Source: Planctomycetota bacterium (GTDB taxonomy: Bacteria; Planctomycetota; UBA1135; UBA2386). From it: DNA of 64,000 bases. The stretch is from contig JBKAGP010000001.1 of the NCBI GenBank assembly GCA_046290465.1, positions 4,512,001 to 4,576,000 of the forward strand. Reading direction: 5' to 3'. The translations under genes were made by a program, and so were the position numbers. Positions 9,999-19,622 of this stretch are shown in pieces. Within the stretch, counting starts at the first letter, position 1; the number at the start of each line of letters is the position of its first letter. The notes beneath the pieces are model-generated. The model was not told the DNA's origin and did not search any database. It saw only the letters and a list, made by a program, of their open reading frames with translations.

Positions 9999-10510
9999 CG
10001 CATCGTCCTCCCGATGCAGTCGCGCAGCAGCTTGCGGGTGCGCTGCAGCAGCGTCTTGAGTCCGTTGGGCTGCAGGTCGAGCGCGCGCGCGACGGCGTCA
10101 CGGTCCTGCGCGTCGTCGGCTCCGATGCCGTAGCTGAGCTCGATCGCGCGCCGCGCCCGCCCGTCGAGCCGCTGCATGCAGACCGCCAGGGCGTCGACCA
10201 GGCCGTCGCCACCGTCGCGCTCGGCGTCGCGATCCCACAGCGCGTCGACCTCGTCCATCAGCGCCGGGTCGCGCTGGCGATCCCGCACGTGGTGCAGCCA
10301 CGCGAAGCGCGCCGAGCGCCGCAAGAACGTCCAGGCTGCCGCCGGCTCCAGGTCGAGCGCGCCCTTCTGCAGCGCCGTGACGAACGTCTCCTGCGCCAGG
10401 TCGTCCGCCTCGTGCGGCGTCGCGCCGTGCATGCGCAGGTAGCGCCAGACCGGACGCAGGTGCCGATCGACGAACGCGCGCGCAGAAATGGCGGGTTCTC
10501 GATGGTTCAT
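9995..10510 (-). CDS. ECF-type RNA polymerase sigma-70 factor
   Basis: Region 2 VWRYLRMHG...ADDLAQETF; region 4 VARALDLQPNGLKTLLQRTRKLLRDCI; start uncertain (10510 or 10546). Confidence 0.85.
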   Translation of the reverse strand: MNHREPAISARAFVDRHLRPVWRYLRMHGATPHEADDLAQETFVTALQKGALDLEPAAAWTFLRRSARFAWLHHVRDRQRDPALMDEVDALWDRDAERDGGDGLVDALAVCMQRLDGRARRAIELSYGIGADDAQDRDAVARALDLQPNGLKTLLQRTRKLLRDCIGRTMR

Positions 10511-10738
10511 CGCGGGGGCCGTGGACGTCAGCTGCACGCACCTCAATGCCCCGAGGCGCGTAGGTGCTATTCAACAAGTTCGAGAAAACCGCCGTGCCGT
10601 CGCGGCCGCGGCGGGTCCAGGTGACGCCGGCCTGCGCAGCGGCGCAAGCCCAGGAGCGTAGGGGATCGCCCCCGAGTCGCTTCGCGTAGGGGAGAAACCC
10701 ATCGAGAACCCGTCGAAATGCGTCCGATCGGGAGTGCG

Positions 10739-11848
10739 ATGATGAGAGGAAGGAGCATTTCGGTGCGGTTGACGAGCATCGCGGCAGCGCTGTTCGCGGC
10801 CATCGGAACGGGGGCCTACGCGGTCGGCGCGGGCGCGCCGTTCGCGTTCGGCACGTTGCTCTCCGGGCTGCTGGTGGCCGGGCTGCCGGCGGCGCTGCTG
10901 GCCGGAACCGCCTACCGCTGGCTGATCCAGCGCTGGCTGGTCCGGCCGCTGCGCACGCTCGACGAGCGCCTCAGCGAGATGTCGATCGGCAACTGCGACC
11001 TGACCAGGCGGGTCGGGCTCAGCCGTCCCGACGAGATCGGCGCAGCCGCGATGCACTTCGATGCGTTCGTCGCGCGCGTGCAGGACGCGCTGTCGGGTGC
11101 GGTGTCGCTGAGCCTCGACGCCGACAACGCGGCCTCGATCATCGCGACCGAGTCGCAGCGCCTCGCGACCAGCGCGTCGACCAACGCGGCGACGATCGAG
11201 GAGGTCATGGCGACGCTCGGTGAGATCAACGACCTGTCCTCGAAGACGGCCGACTCGTGCCAGAGCGCCGCGCAGGGCGCCGAACGGGCCAAGGAGGCGG
11301 TCGCCAAGGGCAACTCGGAGGTCGACCGCCTGACCGAGGCGATGGACGAGATCCGCGAGTCGAGCCAGACGATCACCAAGGTCGTCGGCGTGATCCAGGA
11401 CGTGTCGTTCCAGACCAACCTGCTGGCGCTCAACGCAGCGGTCGAAGCCGCGCGCGCCGGCGAAGCCGGCAAGGGCTTCGCCGTCGTCGCCGAAGAGGTG
11501 CGCAGCCTCGCACAGCGCAGTGCGTCGGCGGCGTCGGAGACCAGTTCGCTGATCGAGGAGGCCTGTCGACGCGCCGAGCGTGGCGGCGCGATCGCCGAGG
11601 AGGTCGCGCTGGTGCTCGGGCAGATCCACTCGGAGACGATGCAGGTCGGCCGGCTGCTCGGCGGTGCCGCCGAGGAGGTCGTGCACCAGAGCGAGAACGT
11701 CGGCATGGTCACGCGCGGCCTCGACTCGCTGGGCCAGACGTCGCAGGACAACGCGGCGAGCGCCGAAGAGCTGGCGGTGGCGTCCGCGCAGAGTTCGGGG
11801 CAGATCAAGCGGCTGCAAGAACTCGTCGGCGCGTTCCAGGTGTCGTAG
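10739..11848 (+). CDS. Methyl-accepting chemotaxis protein (2 TM, HAMP, signalling domain)
   Basis: Hairpin-tip motif [47 protein letters not shown]...DEIG. Confidence 0.92.
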   Translation: MMRGRSISVRLTSIAAALFAAIGTGAYAVGAGAPFAFGTLLSGLLVAGLPAALLAGTAYRWLIQRWLVRPLRTLDERLSEMSIGNCDLTRRVGLSRPDEIGAAAMHFDAFVARVQDALSGAVSLSLDADNAASIIATESQRLATSASTNAATIEEVMATLGEINDLSSKTADSCQSAAQGAERAKEAVAKGNSEVDRLTEAMDEIRESSQTITKVVGVIQDVSFQTNLLALNAAVEAARAGEAGKGFAVVAEEVRSLAQRSASAASETSSLIEEACRRAERGGAIAEEVALVLGQIHSETMQVGRLLGGAAEEVVHQSENVGMVTRGLDSLGQTSQDNAASAEELAVASAQSSGQIKRLQELVGAFQVS

Positions 11849-11961
11849 CGATTCGCGCTACAAGCTTGGGGTGAAGACTTGATGAGGTCGCGCAAATAGC
11901 GTGGCCTCTGCCGCCGTGGCAGGCGTAGTGTCGCCGGCTCTCGCCACCTTCCTCCACCTCG

Positions 11962-13488
11962 ATGCCCCCACCAGCCGGCGCTGCCCCCGCGCCAGCCGCC
12001 TGGGACGCAGCGACGCCCAGCACCACCTCGAAGCTTCGAGTCGGGCGTTCGTGCGCGTGCCTGGCGCTGGTCGTGTTCGGACTCCTCACGTGGTTCGTCG
12101 TCCCGCACGGGATCGGGCTGTCGTGGCGCGAGTGCGACACGCAGGCGATCGCGCGCAACTTCCTGCTCGACGGGTTCGACCCGCTGCGGCCGCGGGTCGA
12201 CTGGCGCGGGGCCACCGACGGCGCCGTCGAGTGCGAGTTTCCGCTCTACCAGCTGGCGATCGCGTCGGTGATGGCGGCGTTCGGTGAGGCCGAGTGGCCG
12301 GGCCGGCTGCTGTCGTTGCTCGCGACGCTGTGGGCCGCCGTTTCGTTGTACCGGCTGCTCGAACTACGCACGGGCGCACGCGGCGCGCTGGCCGGACTGC
12401 TGACGTTCCTGACCTGCGGCAGCACGCTGCTGGTCGCGACGCGCGTGATGCCCGATGCGTTCAGCCAGGCGCTGTCGATCGCGAGTCTGACCGCGTTCGT
12501 GCGCTACCTCGGCTCGGGCAGTCGGGTCGCGCTGTGGACCAGCGTGGCGGCGTTGACGTTCGGTGCGCTGCAGAAGCCACTGGCGCTGCAGGTCGGCTGG
12601 ATCCTGTTCGGCTGGGCGCTGTTCCTGGCGCCGCGCCGCCTCCGCGATCCACAGCTGTGGCTCGGCTTCGGGGTGGTGCTGGCCTTGGTCGCCGCATGGC
12701 TGCTGCACGGCAAGGTGCTGCACGAGGAGACCGGGTTGACGTTCGGCGTGCTGAGCGGCGGCGACACCAAGTTCCCCGACGCCGAGCATCTGCTGTCGCC
12801 CAAGATCCACGCGCAGCTGGCCTGGACCACCGTGCAGTACGGCCTGTCGCCGCTCGGCCTGCTGGCGGCCGTCGTGCTGCTGCTGCGGCGCCGGCTCGAC
12901 CGCGCGGACGCGGTGCTGCTCGGATCGGTGGTGGCAGCCCTCTACCTGTCGCTGCGCTACAGCTACCACCAAGGCATGGGGCCGCACTACCACGGCTTCG
13001 CGGCCGTCGCCGGCTCCTGGTGCGTCGCGCGGCTGTTCGGGGGCGGCGTGCCGCGCTGGCTGTGGCTCGCCCTGCTGGCGGGCGTGCTCGCGCAGGGGGC
13101 GTGGCGGCTGTCGACCGAGGCGCGCACGCGGCACGACATGGTCGACAACCCGATGCTCGACGTCGCCGCGTCGATCCGGCGAATGAGCCTGCACGACGAA
13201 CGGATCGTCGTGCGCAGCCAGAAGCGCCGCGTCGACCCGGTGTGGCACCGGCGCAACAACTTCGAGGACCCGCGCCTGTTCTACCAGACGCGCCTGCACG
13301 GCTGGGCGCTGCCCGCCGACGGCTTCGAGCCGCTCGCGCTGGAGCGGCTGCAGGCGCGCGGGGCCGCGCTGGTGTTCGACTGGGCCGGGGGCGCCCGCAG
13401 CCCGGCGCGCGACTGGCTGGAGCAGCACGCCGAGGTGCTGTTCGACCGGCCTGCGGGTCGGCTCTACCGGCTGCGATCGGGCGAGTAG
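11962..13488 (+). CDS. ArnT/PMT-like (GT-C fold) membrane glycosyltransferase
   Basis: WRECDTQAIARNF...EFPLY motif; multiple TM helices. Confidence 0.75.
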   Translation: MPPPAGAAPAPAAWDAATPSTTSKLRVGRSCACLALVVFGLLTWFVVPHGIGLSWRECDTQAIARNFLLDGFDPLRPRVDWRGATDGAVECEFPLYQLAIASVMAAFGEAEWPGRLLSLLATLWAAVSLYRLLELRTGARGALAGLLTFLTCGSTLLVATRVMPDAFSQALSIASLTAFVRYLGSGSRVALWTSVAALTFGALQKPLALQVGWILFGWALFLAPRRLRDPQLWLGFGVVLALVAAWLLHGKVLHEETGLTFGVLSGGDTKFPDAEHLLSPKIHAQLAWTTVQYGLSPLGLLAAVVLLLRRRLDRADAVLLGSVVAALYLSLRYSYHQGMGPHYHGFAAVAGSWCVARLFGGGVPRWLWLALLAGVLAQGAWRLSTEARTRHDMVDNPMLDVAASIRRMSLHDERIVVRSQKRRVDPVWHRRNNFEDPRLFYQTRLHGWALPADGFEPLALERLQARGAALVFDWAGGARSPARDWLEQHAEVLFDRPAGRLYRLRSGE

Positions 13489-13551
13489 AGAAAAATCGGA
13501 ATGGTCGTTCCGCTCCCGGCCCGCGCTCGCGGTGACCAGGGCAAGGAGCAC

Positions 13552-14775
13552 ATGACCATGACCAACTTCCGCAACGTCCTTCTTCTCTCGCTCGGTTTCG
13601 CCCTGACGGGCAGCGCGCTGGCGCAGAACCACATCACCGTCGGCGTCACGCCCGGCCAGACGACCACTGGCAGCGGTTCCATCGGCGTCACCGTCGGCGG
13701 CCACGGCACCGTGCCGGTCAACGTCCCGGCCGGCACCGGCTCGCTCGGGATCGCGACCGCGACAGCCAACGCGCTGACGGCCCAGGGCTTCACCGTCACG
13801 CAGAACGGCACCGACGTGACCATCACGGCCGGCCCCGGCGGCGCGCCGCTGATGCACGGCGGCGGCATCGGCAGCACCGACGGCGGCGTCACCGGCGTCA
13901 AGTGCAAGGTCCAGAAGGCGCCCGGCGGTGGCGGCGGTCCGGGCGGCGGGCCGGGCGCCAACGCGCAGCGCAACGTCGGCGGCCAGGTGCGCCAGGCCAA
14001 CCCCAACGGCCAGGCGCAGTCGACCGGCAGCCTGCAGGTCGACGTCGAGGTGATCAAGGTCGTCAACGGCGTGCCGACGCTGCTGTGGGTGCAGGTCGTG
14101 GTGCCGGTGTTCGCCGGCGACGACGGCCAGGCGATCAACGACCGCGCCCGGCAGATGATGCAGCAGCAGGGCCTGATCGTGAACGACCTCACGCTGCCGC
14201 CGGCGGTCGCGCCGATCACCCCGATCCCGCCGGCGGCGTTCGGCATCGACCGCACGGTCGACGGCGGCAAGGTGCAGGGCGTGCAGGTCGAGGCCACCGG
14301 CGGCGCCAAGGACGTCTTCGGCGCGACCGAAGCCGGCGCCGCCCGCACGCCCGACACCGGTGCGGCCGAATACGATCGCTCGATCGACGAGAACGGCCAG
14401 GACACCGGCGACTTCGCGGTCTTCCAGGGGCTGCCGATCCTCGGGCAGGGCGGTGTGATCGAGGCGTTCACCGCGCCCAACCAGTTCGGCATCTTCGCGC
14501 TGCAGTTCGGTCCCGGCGGCCTGCTGCAGGCTCCCAACGTGCCGCTGCCGTTCGGTCCGGGGTTCTACATGCCGCTCGACCCGTTCGGCGCGCAGCTGCA
14601 CGCCACGATCACCGACCCGCTCGGCCAGATGCAGATGCCGCTGCCGATCCCGCCGATGCCGCAGCTGGTCGGCCTCGAGCTGCAGACCGCGGCGCTGACG
14701 CTCGACCCGACGGGCCAGACGCTGTTCGACGGCGTCAAGCGCACCAACGCGCTGACGATCCGGGTCGGCCAGTGA
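13552..14775 (+). CDS. Secreted Gly/Thr/Pro-rich hypothetical protein
   Basis: AAGGAG RBS; signal peptide ending ALA-Q; strong GC3 bias. Confidence 0.75.
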   Translation: MTMTNFRNVLLLSLGFALTGSALAQNHITVGVTPGQTTTGSGSIGVTVGGHGTVPVNVPAGTGSLGIATATANALTAQGFTVTQNGTDVTITAGPGGAPLMHGGGIGSTDGGVTGVKCKVQKAPGGGGGPGGGPGANAQRNVGGQVRQANPNGQAQSTGSLQVDVEVIKVVNGVPTLLWVQVVVPVFAGDDGQAINDRARQMMQQQGLIVNDLTLPPAVAPITPIPPAAFGIDRTVDGGKVQGVQVEATGGAKDVFGATEAGAARTPDTGAAEYDRSIDENGQDTGDFAVFQGLPILGQGGVIEAFTAPNQFGIFALQFGPGGLLQAPNVPLPFGPGFYMPLDPFGAQLHATITDPLGQMQMPLPIPPMPQLVGLELQTAALTLDPTGQTLFDGVKRTNALTIRVGQ

Positions 14776-14890
14776 CAGCGAGCCGTCGGCGGGCATCTGC
14801 CGACCGCTTGTGCGAAGCTTGTGCGAGCCCGCCGGCGATGACGTCGGCGGGCTCACTTCGTTTCGGGCTTCGACCGATATAACGGGCACT

Positions 14891-16081
14891 GTGGCGACCC
14901 CGCGCGACATCATCATCTTCTGCGGCCAGGACTGGTGGTACCACAACCGCGCGCACAGCGACTTCCAGCTGATGACGCGCGCGGCGAAGCACCGCAGGGT
15001 GCTGTTGGTCAACTCGATCGGCATGCGCATGCCGATGCCGGGCCGCTCGCCGCTGCCGTTCAAGCGCATCTTCCGCAAGCTCAAGAGCATGATGCGCTCG
15101 GTGCGGCGGCCCTTGCCGGACACGCCGGACTTCACCGTGATGACGCCGATCCTGTTTCCGTTCTACGGGAGCGAGAAGGCGCGGCAGTTCAACGCCAACA
15201 GCATCCGCAAGCAGGTCTCGCGGGTCGCCAGGAAGATGGGCATGGTCGACCCGCACATCATCGTGACGGTGCCGACCGCGTGGGACGTCGCCAAGGAGAT
15301 GCCGCGCAGCTCGCTGGTCTACAACCGCAGCGACAAGCACTCGGCGTTCGGCGAGGCCGACCAGGGCCTGATCGCGGACTTCGAGCGCGCGCTGCTGAGC
15401 AACAGCGACGGCGTGCTCTACTCGAGCCGGGCGTTCCTCGACAGCGAGCGTGAGCTGACCGGGGATCGCGCGTTCTTCCTCGACCATGGCGTCGACAAGC
15501 AGCACTTCCACCGGCGCGAACGAACGGGCGCACTCGACGGACTGGACTGCAAGCGGCCGGTCGTCGGCTTCTTCGGCGGCCTCGACGACTACGTGATCGA
15601 CTTCGACCTGCTCGAGCGCTGCGCGGTAGAACGACCGGACTACTCGCTGGTGCTGATCGGCGATGCGACGCTGCCGATGGACCGCCTGACGCGGCATCCC
15701 AACGTGCGCCACCTGGGCTTCCGGCCCTACAGCGAGATCCCGCACCTCGGCGCCGACTTCGACGTGTCGATCATGCCGTGGCTCGACAACGACTGGATCC
15801 GCCACTGCAACCCGATCAAGCTCAAGGAATACCTGTCGCTCGGCCAGGAGGTCGTGACGACCTGGTTCCCCGAAGCCGAGCACTACCTCGACCACCTGCA
15901 CATCGGTCGCACCGGGGACGAGTTCCTGCAGCGCATCGACGAGGTCGTCGCCGGCGCGAGGTCGCCGGGCGACCGCGACGCCCTGCTCGCCAAGGCGACC
16001 TGGGACGATCGCACCGAGGAGCTGATCGCCTACCTGGACTCGCTCAACGTCGCCGCCGCGCCGACGGCGGCGTGCGGCTGA
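14891..16081 (+). CDS. GT4-like glycosyltransferase
   Basis: DHGVDKQHF, VVGFFGGL, CNPIKLKEYLSLGQEVV motifs; GTG start inferred. Confidence 0.85.
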   Translation: MATPRDIIIFCGQDWWYHNRAHSDFQLMTRAAKHRRVLLVNSIGMRMPMPGRSPLPFKRIFRKLKSMMRSVRRPLPDTPDFTVMTPILFPFYGSEKARQFNANSIRKQVSRVARKMGMVDPHIIVTVPTAWDVAKEMPRSSLVYNRSDKHSAFGEADQGLIADFERALLSNSDGVLYSSRAFLDSERELTGDRAFFLDHGVDKQHFHRRERTGALDGLDCKRPVVGFFGGLDDYVIDFDLLERCAVERPDYSLVLIGDATLPMDRLTRHPNVRHLGFRPYSEIPHLGADFDVSIMPWLDNDWIRHCNPIKLKEYLSLGQEVVTTWFPEAEHYLDHLHIGRTGDEFLQRIDEVVAGARSPGDRDALLAKATWDDRTEELIAYLDSLNVAAAPTAACG

Positions 16082-16084
16082 TCA

Positions 16085-16573
16085 TCACGGCCGCGGCCGG
16101 CGAAACGACAGGATCAGCATCAGGGCAGCGACCGCGATCGCCGCGATCCCTGCCGCGAACACCAGGGTAGCCGTCGGCGGCTTTGGGCTGGCCAGGTCCC
16201 GGTCGTAGACCGGAGCTCCGTCGCGGCTGAGGACCAGGATCGGGATCGGCAGCTTCGAAGCCGACTGCGCCCGGATGCGTTCGCGGGCGACGTGCTGGAC
16301 CTCGACGGTGGCTCCGACCTCGGCCGCTGCGAGCAACCTGGGTTCGACGCCTTCGAGCTTCTGCAGGTGGTTGATCGTGTAGCGATCCTCATCGTCGACG
16401 AGCGTCATCGAGAACACGCGGCCGAGCTTGCGTGAGTCGCGGGTGCCGCTCTCGGCAACGACGCCGCGCGTCGTGACCCATGCGTCCCGCGGCGCGGGGT
16501 CGGAGTTGGCGGCCGACATCATGAAGGCGCCGATCGCGGCGAACAGGACAGCGAGGAGACGAACGACGATCAC
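16085..16573 (-). CDS. Hypothetical membrane protein (N- and C-terminal TM helices)
   Basis: Hydrophobic termini; fills the intergenic gap. Confidence 0.6.
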   Translation of the reverse strand: MIVVRLLAVLFAAIGAFMMSAANSDPAPRDAWVTTRGVVAESGTRDSRKLGRVFSMTLVDDEDRYTINHLQKLEGVEPRLLAAAEVGATVEVQHVARERIRAQSASKLPIPILVLSRDGAPVYDRDLASPKPPTATLVFAAGIAAIAVAALMLILSFRRPRP

Positions 16574-16648
16574 GGTGCTTTCTGGTGGGGGGACGAGTCC
16601 GAGACCATAGGAAACCGTGCCGCCAGCGCGAGGCCGTCGCCCGCCCGG

Positions 16649-19570
16649 CTACCGGATCCGGCCGTTGCCCCTCGCGGTCGAGCGGCGGTGCGGCGTCTGC
16701 TGCGGCGTCGACGGATCGAGGGCCCGGGCCGCCTCGGCCAGCTTCTTGCGCAGGTCGACGATCTCGCCGTTGCCGCTCAGCAGCATCGCGGCGAAGCCAC
16801 GCGCGCACTTCTCGGTCGTGCTCGCCTCTGCGTTCGGCCGCAGCATCTCGGCGCGCACGGCTTCGGCGGCGTCGATCCAGTCCTGGTCCGCCCAGACCCT
16901 GGCGCGGTCGGCGCACGGGCCGATCAGCTCGAGGACCTGCCTGCGAAACCTGTCGGGTCGGAAGCCACCGGGCTCCCGTGAGTGCACGTCGCGCAGCCGG
17001 CCGTGGTGCAGCGCCATCGCCGCGTCGAGCTCCTTGACGAGGATCGCCGGCAGGCCGTAGTCGCCGGTGCCCTCCGCCATCGGCGTGAGCTTCTCCCGCA
17101 TGCGCCGCAGCAGCGGTTCGCGCCGTTGCCGCGCGTCCCGGTGCTCGAACGCCGCCGACAGGATGCGCAGCGCCTGCTGCTCGAGTTCGAGCGGCGTCGC
17201 GTGGAAGACGGTGGAGCACGGTTGCACGTGGCGTGCATGGGCCAGCAGGTTCCAGGCGCGGCTGGCGGCCCGGTCGGCGTTGCCGGCCTCTGCCTGGATC
17301 CAGCCGTCCGCCGCGATCATGCGCGTCATCAGCGCGAGCCGTTCGGGGGCGAAGCCGCGCGCGCCGTCGTCGAACTGGCAGTGCTCGCGCGTGGTCGCCT
17401 GCGCAAACAGCTCGAGCGCGCGGACCGACGCGTCGACCGCCGGCTGCCAGTCGCGCGCACGCTCCGCGTCGAAGAACTGCGCGCAGCCGCCGCTCTGACG
17501 CAGCTGGCTCCGGTACTTCTTCGGCAGCTTCGCCGCCAATCCGGGTTCGCCGCGCGCCAGTTCTTCGAGCGCCAGCCGGTAGAGCCGGGCCGCGTTGTCG
17601 CGCGGATGGTGGCGCCGCAAATACTCGGTGTAGGTGGCGTCGGCGCGCTGCAGCCGTTGCAGTGCCGGCAGCAGCAGCTCGAACTGCGGGCGCACGAAGT
17701 AGGCGAGGTGGCACGCCCAGCACTCGACGCGGTCGGCCGCGGCCAGACCGTCGGCTTCGCGTTCTCCGGCGAGCAGCTTCCAGCGATCGAGGATCGGGGT
17801 GGTGCGCTCCTGCAAGCCCGCGATGGTGGCGTCGGCCGCCTGCGGCGTCAGCAGCTCGTCGACGAGTTCCTGGGCGCGCACCGGCACCTTCGGCATGTCG
17901 TCGGTGTAGTCGTCGCCCGCGATCGTGCACAGCCGCCGGGTATCGGCACGCACGACGCCGAGCGCGTCCACCAGCGAGCGTCGCCGCTGCCTGGCCTCGC
18001 CCGCGAGCACGTCGGCGCTGCGCGCGTAGCGGGTGCGCTGCAGCTCGGGCACGCGGGCGTGGCAGCGGCGCAGCAGCTCCAGCGCCGCGGCTTCGGCCTG
18101 CCAGGCGACGCGCACACCGGTCGCCGACGGGCACGCCTGCGCATGCTGCGCGTAGCGCATCAGCGCGGCAGCCGCCTCGATCGCCGCCTCCGGCCGACGT
18201 TCGCACTGCTGCAGCGCATCGGCCTCGAGCAGGCGCGCGACCATCTGCAGTTCGCCGCAGAGGTGCCACAGCTCGTAGAACGTCTCGTCGCCAGCGAGTT
18301 GCCAACGACACTCGGGGATGCGGGTCGCCGCGACGAAGCCGGCGCGCGCCGTCGCGGTCTCGAGCACCGCGGCGCGCCATGCTGCGTCGAGCAGGTCATC
18401 GCTTCGCGGCAGCCGTGCCGAACGTTCGGCGCTGCCGGCAAGCGCGGTGCGCAGGTCGCGAACGGCCTGCCGGTAGGTCGCAGGTGCCGGGTTCGGGCGC
18501 TGGTCCTGCTTCGTCGGCCGCTCGGCGGCTTCCTTCGGTAGCGCCGCGAGCAGCTTGCGCACACCGGATTCGAGCGCGGCCAGCTGAGCATGCTCCTCGG
18601 TCCACTCCTTCATGATGCCGGCCGGGTCGTGCGCTACCATCGTCGCCAGCGCCGCCGCCAGCGCCTCTCCGGATCCCGACTCGATCACGTTCGTGACGCG
18701 GGCCTTGCCGAACCTGGCCTTCAGCGAAGCCATGTAGGATCGGGTCGCGCGGCGGACGCGCTGCTGGTCGTCCGCGCCCGCCGTTCGCATCGGTTCGATG
18801 AAGTCGCCCAGCATCTCCAGGGCGCGGGCCTTGGCGGCCCGCAGCGCCGGCTGGTTCTGGTCCGCATCCTCGATGGTGCTGTCGAGAGTGGCACGCCAGT
18901 CGGCCATCGACAGGTCGGCGAACCGCGGCGGGCCCGGTCGGCGTGCACCGCGGCGGCGGATGGCCTCGACTAGCCGTTCGAGCGTCTTGCGGGGCAGGCC
19001 GCGATCGCGGTGGCGATCGAGCGTGACGGTTGCGATCTCGAGAGCGTCGCCCGCAAAGGCCATCGCGTACATCGACGGGAACAGGTGGCCCTGCGCGTCG
19101 AGGTGGGCGGCGTGCGCCAGCATCGTCATGCAGTCGGCGAGCGTGACCTCCGGGCGCGCCGCGAGGTTGGCCCATGCGTTGGCCTGGAGAAGCGTGCGCA
19201 TCCTGGCGAAGGCGGCGACGCGTTCGCGCACCTCGTCACCCCGTCGGCCGTCGGGCGCGGCGAACTCGCAATGCGGCAATGTCGTCGCCTGGGCGAACAG
19301 GCCGCGCGCGACGGCGGTCTTGCTCAGGATCTGCTGCCAATCCTCGCCCGCGTAGGCGTCTGGCCCAGGCTTGCGCACGGGCGGGCATTCGATGTCGCGG
19401 TCCCGGGTCACACCGAATGCCTCGCGCGCCTCGGCGAACGCTCGGCGATACAGCTCGGCGGCGTTCGGGCGCTGGTCCTGCGCGGCTGCCGGAGCGGCAA
19501 GCGTCGCGACTACGGCGAGGGCGGAGGCGGAGCCGGATAGGAATCGGGCGACCCTTGAGGTAGGAACCAC
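16649..19570 (-). CDS. Secreted alpha-helical protein with three tandem ~320-aa modules
   Basis: Signal-like AVVATLAAPAAAQ; repeated NAA.LYR.A...W...FAQAT...C.F motif; start uncertain. Confidence 0.7.
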   Translation of the reverse strand: MVPTSRVARFLSGSASALAVVATLAAPAAAQDQRPNAAELYRRAFAEAREAFGVTRDRDIECPPVRKPGPDAYAGEDWQQILSKTAVARGLFAQATTLPHCEFAAPDGRRGDEVRERVAAFARMRTLLQANAWANLAARPEVTLADCMTMLAHAAHLDAQGHLFPSMYAMAFAGDALEIATVTLDRHRDRGLPRKTLERLVEAIRRRGARRPGPPRFADLSMADWRATLDSTIEDADQNQPALRAAKARALEMLGDFIEPMRTAGADDQQRVRRATRSYMASLKARFGKARVTNVIESGSGEALAAALATMVAHDPAGIMKEWTEEHAQLAALESGVRKLLAALPKEAAERPTKQDQRPNPAPATYRQAVRDLRTALAGSAERSARLPRSDDLLDAAWRAAVLETATARAGFVAATRIPECRWQLAGDETFYELWHLCGELQMVARLLEADALQQCERRPEAAIEAAAALMRYAQHAQACPSATGVRVAWQAEAAALELLRRCHARVPELQRTRYARSADVLAGEARQRRRSLVDALGVVRADTRRLCTIAGDDYTDDMPKVPVRAQELVDELLTPQAADATIAGLQERTTPILDRWKLLAGEREADGLAAADRVECWACHLAYFVRPQFELLLPALQRLQRADATYTEYLRRHHPRDNAARLYRLALEELARGEPGLAAKLPKKYRSQLRQSGGCAQFFDAERARDWQPAVDASVRALELFAQATTREHCQFDDGARGFAPERLALMTRMIAADGWIQAEAGNADRAASRAWNLLAHARHVQPCSTVFHATPLELEQQALRILSAAFEHRDARQRREPLLRRMREKLTPMAEGTGDYGLPAILVKELDAAMALHHGRLRDVHSREPGGFRPDRFRRQVLELIGPCADRARVWADQDWIDAAEAVRAEMLRPNAEASTTEKCARGFAAMLLSGNGEIVDLRKKLAEAARALDPSTPQQTPHRRSTARGNGRIR

Positions 19571-19622
19571 CCCGACCCGATGTTGGGGAGACGCGACGCT
19601 CCCCGGCGACCCTTCCTTCTTC

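Noticed and set aside
10511..10738. tRNA, riboswitch or other ncRNA in intergenic regions (also 48105-48279, 57011-57315)
   Set aside because: No cloverleaf, T-loop/CCA or recognisable riboswitch consensus seen by eye; an Rfam/tRNAscan search would be needed to exclude them.
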